A stretch of 55,067 nt of DNA, the filler included, from Trypethelium eluteriae (Eukaryota): assembly GCA_051942245.1 (NCBI GenBank). It is 2 parts of 2 records of this genome, joined end to end, with 100 filler letters (N's around TTAATTAATTAA, not from the genome) between each part and the next. Parts side by side here need not be neighbours in the genome. Positions count along the whole stretch, not along the records: positions 1 to 27,492 come from JAVECL010000334.1; 1 more part is not named here. The stretch is one strand, 5' to 3'. How positions within the stretch are numbered: position 1 is the first letter of the stretch; each line of letters starts with the position of its first letter. A program made the position numbers and the translations under genes. Shown here piece by piece: positions 12,877 through 22,653 of the stretch. Under the pieces are notes generated by a model, which made no database searches, was not told where the DNA came from, and worked only from the letters and a program-made list of their open reading frames with translations.

Positions 12877-14097
12877 CTAAACCATCTCCACGGTTCTTTT
12901 GACTTTGATGGCATTCAGTGGTATATCTTTTATAGAATGCACGTCGGCGTCAACACCAGCTCTTGCGTCAATTGCGCATATTCTGTCTTCCGACTCCGAG
13001 CGAGGGTATTTTGAAGCGTCGACGACCGAATCGAGCCTTTGTGTCCCGTTTGACCGAATCCAATATGATGGCTGTGGTGTCGGAACCGATGTAAAGAATC
13101 CTTTAAGCCCGGCCGTAACGAAGGTTCTATTTATGAGGGGGCCGTACGTTGGTAGGCTACAGCCAATACATTCGAGCGTCGTTTGAATGAATAGCCAGTT
13201 CTCAGCGGCCGGCCGATAGATTGCCTGTGGATCTTTTGCAACTAGTCCTATGCGGATGGCAGAGACAAGGGAAGCGCTTGAAGAAGCTACATCAGTGTGA
13301 ACGAACGAAACGTGAATATCATTATGACTTACCAGCTACCAAATGCAAACACAAAGCAGATCTGCAGTTTCCTCACGAGCGGCATCTGAAGCTTCAAGAC
13401 CACAGGTATAGGCATGAATACAATCACTAGATTGGTAGCCATGTTGAAGGGCTCTTCGGCAAGGAGAAATCGCGGGAAACTGAAGCATTTCCCTCCTTGT
13501 ATCGATGGATTCCATGATTCTGCTATAGGATGGATGCATCTGAATAGAAGCGCAGTTACGGTACCAATACAGTAAGCTGCAGAAATGATAGCCATTGCAA
13601 TAACTGCACGGTGAAGCCATCTAGTAGGGAAGAGACGCCAATAGAGGGCAAGGACACTAAATTTTGCGAATGTCATGGACGTTGCTGCCATCGTGTGAGA
13701 GGCATAAGCACCCTTTTCTTCGTTCAGCCGCTCGCTCCCATTGTATTCAGTACGATCATCATGCTTACCTTGCTATATGCTAACAGAACATCCTGTGGCA
13801 TGTCGTCGAAGGGAACTCCATAAACTCCAAGTCGTATATCTGAAGGGACGTGTTTAGACCAGATCTTTGGCAACTCTAGAAGAAATTCTCACTTTCGATT
13901 AAAGCTGCGTTTACTCCAGTAAAGAACAGAAAGGTCAATAACAGAGCCCAATCGTCCAGACCAAAGGGCGAGTTATTCTTGAACTTGGCAGCAAAGCGGA
14001 GAACCACGGAGAGAATACCGAGAATAAAACATGGAATGGTAAGTCGGAGTGCTTCATGGTCGTATGTATGGAGGGGTATCTTCTGTTCTGAAGCCAT
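12877..14097 (-). CDS. Second fungal rhodopsin-domain (PTH11/SAT4-like) membrane protein, 4 exons
   Basis: SVVLRFAAK...FGLDDWALL / ...AKFSVLALYWRLFP...FRCIHPIAESWN...GKC...NLVIVFMPIPVVLKLQMPLVRKLQICFVFAFG / ASLVSAIR...CSLPTYGPL. Stop TAG at 12877-12879. Confidence 0.85.
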
Positions 14098-14489
14098 GCG
14101 CGGGATTTCCCATGTGGATAAGAAGAATAGTCATAAAAGGTATGATAGATGAAACAAAGAAGCTTTGAGTAGATATTAATCGCATTGGGGCGCTCCCGCA
14201 TAGCAGCTTGACCGAGAGCTTAGACTAGTACGGAGTCAGAAAACGCAGTTCTTTTTCTGTTGGTGGCTGGGTAACCGCTGAGGGTGTATACCGCGCAGTA
14301 CGACCCAGTCAATTCATCCATGCTGATGCGTGATGAGGAGGTTACTCGGTGTCGTACCGCATCTGGTAGCAGCCCTTGCAGCCCCTTTCCGACCAATACT
14401 GTGACAGAGCTGAGGAGAAGCAAGTACAAAAGTGATGGAAAAGCACCTTGGCCAGCGTGCAGATCGATAGACGGCAAATTCACTTCACC

Positions 14490-16023
14490 ATGCTTCATCA
14501 GGGCGCCACGGCTGATGATGAGCGGCCCGTATCTACAGCCACCACCCAAGGCACAGGAGCTCCCATACTCATGGAGACCACTCCTCAGAATGCGAAAGCC
14601 AATGCTCCCGCCATGGAAGAAGCTCGTGGACCTGCGATGAAAGACGGCGGTCTTTTTGCTTGGTTGCAATGTGCTGGCGCATTCCTCATGTTCTTCAACT
14701 CCTGGGGCTTAGTCAACAGTTTCGGTCAGTCAGTCAGGCTCGGCCCGCGCTCCTTCCTCCCCCGCCCCGTTCTCCTTCGACGCGACCTGCTGACTCGAGC
14801 AAAAAACCAGGGGCCTTTCAGACCTTTTACGAGCAAAATCTACTAACAAGGCAGTCACCCTCGCAGATTGCATGGATCGGCTCGCTTCAGGCCTTCTTGT
14901 TCATCATTGGAGGTACCGTCGCGGGACCTCTCTACGATCATGGTCGCCTACAGACCCTGGTACGGTCTGGCAGTTTCCTGGTCGTCTTCGGAATGATGAT
15001 GACCAGCCTTGGCACTAAGTACTGGCATTTGATTCTGGCCCAAGGCTTGACTGTCGGTATTGGAAGTGCAGCGCTCTTTGTGCCTAGTATTGCTTTACTT
15101 CCACCGTATTTCATTAAGCGTAGGGCTCTTGCCACGGGCACTGCCGTCACGGGGAGTAATCTTGGTATGATACTGCCCTTGCATGCTATTAATTATCGTT
15201 ATCTCACTTCGATCTGCGCAGGTGGCGTCGTATATGCGATCATGTTCAGCAAACTCCAGCCAAGGATAGGATTTCCCTGGACCACGAGGGTCATGGGTTT
15301 CGTGATGTTGGCAACCCTTTCACTCCCGCTCACAAGCCTACGCATGCGTTTCAAACCGGCCACCGCTCGCAAAGTGTTCGACCCAAAACCCTGGACCGAG
15401 TTGCCGTTTGCCATCTTTGCCTTTGCCTGCTTCGTCGGTTTTAGTGGATTGTATGTGCCGTATTTCTATATTGAATCCTTTGTGTTACAGAAAAACATTT
15501 TTAGCGTAAGGGTAGCGTTCTACGTTGTCCCAATCCTTAACGCAGGCGCATTTATTGGCCGTCTAGTAAGTAAATTTTGCGTCCGAAGCTCCGAACTGAT
15601 ACTAACCGAGTATAGCTCCTCTCTTTCCTCGCCGACTACGCCGGCCCGGTTAACATCCTTCTCATAAGTGCGTTCGCATGCGCTGTCCTGGGATATGTGT
15701 GGGCCGCCATAACATCCCCCGCTGCCATCATTGTTTTTGCGATCTTGTTCGGCGCCTTTTCTGGTACTTACATTTCCGTTGCCCTCACTACAATCGCCGT
15801 CTGGCTGTGTCCTGAAATCAGCGCGCTTGGCCTGCGTATTGGGATGATGTGCATTCCTTGCGCCGCAGGGCTTCTAATCGGATCACCAGTTGGCGGTGTT
15901 ATAGCCAAAAATGACTGGCTGGGCGTTCAGATGTTCACCGGTTCTACATTGTTAGCTTCCACTATCGCCGTAGCCGCTGTGCGAACCATGAAAAGCGGCT
16001 GGAGCATTGCCCGCAAATGTTAG
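14490..16023 (+). CDS. MFS monocarboxylate-porter family transporter (Mch5/AsaE-like)
   Basis: DGGLFAWLQCAGAFLMFFNSWGLVNSFG / AFQTFYE...SQIAWIGSLQ...GPLYDHG...YWHLILAQG...YFIKRRALATG...GFPWTTR...ILNAGAFIGR...RIGMM...LIGSPVGG. Three canonical introns. Confidence 0.92.
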
Positions 16024-16554
16024 ATGATACTACGAAGCCCTTCAGCACAAGCTATGCCCAGCTAAGATTGATCCGTCATATGCCATTGAGTGGATATGGA
16101 TGCATGTAACGCACACTGCAGCATCAAAAACAATGCAAAAGCCGTCCTTGCTTTCTCTTTGGATGCTGTCGAATAAGCAAACCTGCCTAAATTGGGTTCC
16201 CTGGATGATCCGCCAATCAAGATTTTCATTGTCAGCCTTCATCTACCGATGCATTAGCAATGTGGGGGCTGTGTCTTATCATCCTACCCACCGTTGCCGA
16301 GCGGGCTGTCATTCGAGGCAACTCGAGGAGCGCGCATAAGGAAGGATGCGAACCGAGTGCGTAAGAGCAGTAAAGCATGATCTAAATTTGCTAGCTATAA
16401 TGTTTTAGTGCTTGCAAGTTGCGATCGGCGTTCAGAGTCGACAAAAAGCAATTTGCATTTATCTGCGGGGTACAAACCCTACAAGCCCCAATCATGTTCG
16501 CTCAACTTTGAGCTGAAACCTCATCAGCCCATTGGGCTTTGCGTTACCAGTATC

Positions 16555-18415
16555 ATGGACCCTCGTCAAATCATTAGACCAGCTAAAAGAGATCTTCGCA
16601 GTCTTCCGGGAAAAACCAATATCGAACCAACAGAGCAAGCAAACATCGCTGAGGGAAATGTTTGGTAAAATTAAGCTCGAAATTCTGGCTATTGGACATT
16701 GGCTAATCTCTTTCGTCAGGTCATGGATACACGAGATTATAGTTGCATCTCCGGTCCAGCCTGTGGCAAATCTTGGCACAGGCTTCGTGTAGGTGATACA
16801 TTCTCTGACCCCTGCCATCGCTGCAAATGACAAAAGCTGTAGAGATTTTAATCCTCCAAAATTCGTGTTGGAGGCCTATAAGGAAGCCTTAAACAACGTG
16901 GAGTACAATCAATATGCCCCGATAACTGTGAGCTTCCAAGCAACACGGCCAAACCGAGCTTATGACAAGTATAGGGGTTACCCTCACTTAAATTGGCAGT
17001 ATCCAAGATTTGGTCGCCGTTCTACGAGCGCGTACTCAATCCAGATACTGACATATGTATCTGCAATGGTGCTCAGGAGGCCCTTCTCAGCTCCATCATG
17101 GCTTTTGTACGGCCAGGCGATGAGGTGATACTTTTCGAGCCTGTTTTCGAACTGTGTGTCCCGCCGAGCACTTCGAGTCGAGCCATGCGGCATTTCATCT
17201 CATGCTAAGTAGATACGTCGTCCAGCTAAAATTAGTTGGAGCCACCGCCGTCTATGTACCTTTGCAACCACCGAAAGGAATCGATACAGAAAACCTAACG
17301 GGAAATGATTGGAGACTTGATATGCGTGACTTCAAAAAGGCTGTTACTTCCAAAACTAAAGCTGTTGTAAGCATGGAAAAACTTTCAAGGCTGGATTCTG
17401 CTAAATTCCTCAGATTCTCAATAATCCGTACGCTCAATAATGTCACACCTACGCTAGAGATGTCTTATTAAATAGTCCAGGCATAATCCCCTCGGAAAAG
17501 TCTTCACCCTGAACGAAATACGATCTATTGGGCAGATTTGCGTATCTCACGATCTCCTCCTCATCTCTGACGAAGTGTACGAACGCATTGCGTTCGACAC
17601 CCCGTTTACTCGTGCTGCGTCCATCGATTCAACGATTTCGGCACGTACTTTGACTGCGATTTCTCTTGGAAAGTTGTTCAACGCTACCGGGTGGCGTGTC
17701 GGCTTTGTTATTGGCCATGCAAGACTTATACATCACATCCAGAATACGCACGCAGTACTCGCATATGCTTCTAGTAGCCCTACTCAAGCGGCTTGCGCGA
17801 GGGGTCTTCTTGAAGCGGAACAAAATGGGTTTTGGGAAGAGAATCGAAGAGACGTGAAAGCTCGGGTTCAAAGAATTTGCAACGTCCTAGACGAGATCGG
17901 ACTTCCGGTAAGGGTTCAGGAGGCCATCGCGTATGTAAGACATGTACGAGGAAAAAGTGGACTGATGTGCCTCGTATTGTAGTATGTCAAACCGCTCGGA
18001 GCGTATTTTCTATTCGTCAATATCAGTAAAATCAAATTACCCCCGACCTTCAAGTTCCCCAGGACGGTGACAAAGCACGGATCGAAGGACTGGAAGGTCT
18101 GCTATTATATGATCAATGAAATTGGCGTGGCATCAATACCTGGCAGTTGTAAGTCAATCGTCCAGTTGGTAACGGGATGATCTGAGTTCACTCTCGCTTT
18201 TTCTCAAGTCTAGGTTTCCCTTATCCTTATTCCAGACTTGGTGACTTTGGATTATTTGTTTTGCGTTATGAATGCTAATTGTGGAGCCAGGCTTCTACGG
18301 GTCTCAGAATAGCCATTTCGGCGAGTCCTATATCAGGTTTGGAGTATGCAAGTCTGAGGAGAGCTTGAAGCTGGCAGAAGAGCGACTACGGAAGCTCAGA
18401 GGAATAATTAAGTGA
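16555..18415 (+). CDS. PLP-dependent class I/II aminotransferase, kynurenine aminotransferase (Bna3/KAT)-like, multi-exon
   Basis: Spliced reading: NVWSWIHE...SPVQPVANLGTGFV/DFNPPKF...YNQYAP...GAQEALLS...PGDEVILFEPVFELY...ILNNPHNPLGKVFT...LISDEVYE...SLGKLFNATGWRVG (PLP lysine)...GAYFLFVN...YIRFGVCK. Stop TGA at 18413-18415. Confidence 0.9.
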
Positions 18416-19289
18416 CCTCCACACACTCGTAGGGCCGCAAAACTAGATACTAGTTCATGTCAAGAGTCCCGCACTCCTCTGACTGCCTGTCAAGGTACGG
18501 TTTGAGGGGTGAACGGGACGTCCTCGATGTAAGTTGCTCGAAGGAATGAGTAATACTGGGCCGACCGAACAGACCGTTGGGCGCATAGAGGACCCTTGAA
18601 GTGATTAAAGATTTCCAATGTCATTCCCAATTAATAATCTGTCTTCGTGCTCTAATGAGCCATCAACATGTCGTGGTATGTAAGTTCAACAAGTTTGAGC
18701 GGATGTTCGGAATGCCCTAGCATTGAGCATTGCATGATGCCAGCCGCACGGCATTTCCGAGGCTATTTCGGGACGAGTGGCAGCCAATCAACATCCGTCT
18801 CGAATCTGATATGCAGTGGCGATCCATGTTGCATGTCTCAAGCCGCCATCCGGCCGCGGCAAATTGAGGGGCATAGTATGAAGCTGAAATATCGTCTGGC
18901 TTGTGAGAGCGGAATTGTCGCCCCAATCGGCCGACTGTGAATAGGACAGTGGAAGCTAAGTAGATTCTCGAGTCATTCTGGAGTTCAGCTCCGTACTAAA
19001 GATCGCTAAGACAATCATGAGCCCAGTGCAGTCAATCGCGAGCCCAGTAGCCACCCAATCACTTGCGTCAATATCTACAGGATGATGGATAACCGAAGCG
19101 GAAGACCTGCATAACGCCATCTTAAAGCAAGGGACCACAATGAGAGCCTTGCGTTTGGTCTTGGACTATGGTGTTCTGGCCTGCGACTCCTTTGTTAGAT
19201 ATGAGAGCTCTCCTCCTATCTTAACGTGAACCCATTAAGTCCGACAAACCTTTGATCAGCCGGCATGTACGATTTAAGGATCTCCAGAA

Positions 19290-20710
19290 ATGCTCCTACC
19301 AGAGTTCTATTATTTCGCGTCTGGACCACGCACGACTTCCAAGGAAAGGCCGGATAGCATGATTACAAAGGAGCGTGTTACAAATATTCCAATTGATTGT
19401 GAGCATAATTGGAAAGAAGCCAATCAGGACTTCTGGTGCAGATATCTTGGCGGTTCCCTTGCAATTCTCCTACGACATGCTGGATACTCCGAAGAAGCAC
19501 AGTACGGTCACTGGCTGTTTCTTAACAAGGTCATAGCACCGAATCTTGGTCTGAGTCTTCATGCCCAGAGTCGTTGGAAAAGTTTCATGACAGATGATGG
19601 CGGTCCTGTGGAGTTGAGCTGGGAATGGCCTGTGGGTACTGAAACTCCCAAAATTCGATACTCGATCGAACCAATAGGGCCACAGGCAGGAACGTGGCTT
19701 GACCCTTATAACACCTCCGTTCTCGGCCCATTCAACAAATTCTTGCTAGAAACCCTTTCAGAGACGGCCATGGTGTGGTTTAATCACTTTGAGAAGGAGT
19801 TTTGTCCTACACAAGAGCATTTCCTGCGAATGAGTTCGGAAGATCACTCAACTCATCACTTTTATGCGTTCGACCTTGAGGATGATAAGACAACAGCCAA
19901 GGCTTACTTCTTCCCCGCACTGAGAGCTCAAGAAGCAAAGATGTCAACGCTTGACGTGATATGCCAGGCAATATCAAGAGCCCCGCAGTGGAGGTTGGCT
20001 GGATCTCAGGCTCTGGTATCTTTTCGAAACTTTGCGACGAAACCAGCCTCAGCAAAATTGGAATTCAGCATGCTTGCCATTGATCTAGTTGAGCCGTCCT
20101 TGTCACGAGTGAAGATCTACTATCGATGTCGTCGGACAGACTTCGAATCCGTAGTTCATAATTTGACGCTTGGGGAGCGTGAGAGAGCCGCAGCCCTTCG
20201 GCAAGGACTGGAGAGTTTGAGAGCGCTATGGGACGCTCTATTTCAAGTCGATAGCCAGTCAAAGACATCCTTGCCTTATGTGAACCATCAGACTGCTGGA
20301 ATACTGTACTACGCTGAGCTCAGACCTGGAAGTTCCATGCCATCCACAAAGATATACTTACCTGTTCGACATTACTCCGTCACTGATCAACATATCACCA
20401 CGACCCTGTCATCATACTTTCGGACGAGCGTACATCATTGTGCAGTCCAAGGTTACAAGAAGACCATGCAGTCCTTATTGTAAGGCCAAAGCTCCCTTCT
20501 TTAACCAACCAGCAAAGTTGATGCTGATACGAGGACAGCAAACAAGATGCGATGCAGACCTCTCGCGGTTTACACACATATCTTGGGATCTCGTTTCGAT
20601 CCGATGGGAGATTACGAATTGTCTCGTACATAAATCCGCAAATATCCAAGCTGAAAGAGTGGGGTAATGATGGAGATAGACGTGAGACGCAAGACTCTCA
20701 CGACCCATGA
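19290..20710 (+). CDS. DMATS-superfamily aromatic prenyltransferase (ABBA fold), 2 exons
   Basis: WKSFMTDDGGPVELSWEW (conserved Glu), IRYSIEPIG..AGT..DPYN, AFDL...AKAYFFP, IDLV.PS.SRVKIYYR, TKIYLPVRHY. After the usual single 3' intron (~20480-20538): RGLHTYLGISF...RIVSYINP; stop at 20708-20710. Start could be the Met at ~19360. Confidence 0.93.
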
Positions 20711-20903
20711 ATGCAATCTCTTCGCAAAGGCTTTCCCGATGCAGTGGACGGAACAACATATGCTGGCAAATCTGCTTTGACCTATTCGTATTAGACATTT
20801 CCTCCTTACTCTTGACAAATGCTGTAAAGCTCGCAAAGGCGGTACGGAGATCGGTGGAGTATGATGATAATCCATGTACGCGTGGGCCAATAACTTGTCA
20901 AGC

Positions 20904-22395
20904 CTATCTTGTCAATCCATGTAGATAGAAGTCCAAGACCTCTCTTTCTGACTTTTCAAGCAGCCATTCCAGGCCATCAGCCCATTCCGTGTCTACCCAT
21001 ACTTGCTTCATTTTGAAATGAGTCAGTGCTCGGAATGCATTTGCCTCCTTCGAATAGAAGCCGGTTTTAGTAAGCACCACACTATCTTTGCCCAATCCTT
21101 CACTCTTGTCCCTTGTCTCCGCTGCCATTTCAGAGCTTGTTTGCTCCGCGATCTCTGTGAAGCGGCGGCCAAGCTGTTCTCGCGCTTTACAGGCAGGGTG
21201 GTTCTCCACGACACCTGGCGTAGCGTATCCGACCCCCATTAAGAATGGAAAGCGGTAGAGAACAGCATTCGGTGCAGCAATGACGCCATCCCAGTCAATA
21301 ACTCCAATTACATTAAACTCTTGATCCACAATTAAATTATGCGGACCGAGATCATAGTTAGCTAGGCCAAAGCTTTGTAGCGATGTTTGATCGGATATCA
21401 TTTCTGGTACGAGTTTGTGGAAATTTTTAACGACTTGGCCGTGGGTTTCAACTTCCCAATCATCACCATACAAGTTTTTCGCCAATTCCACAAAGTAGCT
21501 CTTGTAAAAATCCATAGCATTCTCATATGGTCCCGATTTAGTTTCAGTCAACGGCCCAATTACAAACTCCTTAAGACTAGAGACACTGCGTGTCACGGAG
21601 CCAATTTTGTCCACGCGTATGTTAGCGAGCTGGTGCATGATACTGGCGACTTGTTTGAATATCTTCTCTGCGTACTGCTCCGGTATCCCCTCGTGGTCCC
21701 CAGGGAACTTTGCAGCGAGGTCTGCAGCTGTGTTCCCGTGTACATATTGGATCAAAGAGTATGGAAAACCGACAGGATTATCCTTTGTAAGGTTGCTTGC
21801 GTACACCTGAGGTACTGGGATATTCGAATTGAGTCTATTGGAATATGGCTATCAGTATCGATCATGTGATTTTTTAAGTTTGGCAGCGGGCAAATATGTC
21901 TAAGCAGGAAAGGTACTTTCGAGTCGACATCAAATGCAGATAGATCCAAACAATGATAAGGCCACGTCAGGAGCTCAATACGATCTTTCTACTTTGACTC
22001 GACATATCAAATTGGAAACTTTTAGCTTACCTTACAAATTCCATTGCTGCTAGTTCCGACTGCATATTGTACAAAATTTTATCAGTTTCTGCCTTCTTGT
22101 CAAAGTGTAGAGCATGTTTGTACCCATTCTCGTCGAAGTGTTCGATTTGTGGCAGCCTAAGCCTTGCTATCCACTGGACGCCGTCTTCGAAACTGATTTT
22201 CTTCACGAAGTTGAAGCTTCCAACGGAGAAATTGTCATGAAGCATGCATTTCAGACCATCCCGCATTGAAGAAGCATGCGCTAGAAGCGCTGTCTCATTA
22301 AAAGCATTCTTAAAGTAATCGATACGTGCCGCATACTCCTCTTCGTATTCTTCCCCTCCTGTCCAGGCATCGCTACCTGTAACTTCTGACTGCAT
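20904..22395 (-). CDS. Aminoglycoside-phosphotransferase (APH)/choline-kinase-like protein, 2 exons
   Basis: GSFNFVKKISFEDGVQWIARLRLP, SELAAMEFVR / NSNIPVPQVYA...PVGFPYSLIQYVHG, DKIGS, Brenner-type LANYDLGPHNLIVD and VIGVIDWD. Confidence 0.85.
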
Positions 22396-22653
22396 CTTGA
22401 CTTGACATTGGACACAGTCTCGGTGCGAAAATCCTAGTTCAGAAGTAGATGACTATTGGGGAAGAATTCCGTGATCTTGGAAGATGTTGATTGGAGGAAT
22501 GCCGATAGTAATACAGCACTCGAGAAGCTTCCGAAGATTTGCCGTTGGAAGTCTTGATTAGCGGCTTCGCGAGCTCCTTGGAGGCCTTTTTGCAGTAAGT
22601 ATCAGTTTCACAATCGCTGTGTGCCCCATCTTCGTCGCTGACGACAGTGGTGT

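Noticed and set aside
8800..14360. Shared Zn2Cys6-type CGG-Nx-CCG sites in cluster promoters (~8807 with N8, ~14348 with N7)
   Set aside because: Spacing is inconsistent, I did not find the motif in all promoters, and such triplets arise by chance.
6922..22395. Psilocybin-like cluster (P450 + kinase + methyltransferase + MFS)
   Set aside because: Only a functional analogy. There is no PsiD-type decarboxylase, the methyltransferase is OmtA-type rather than PsiM-type, and a DMATS is present.
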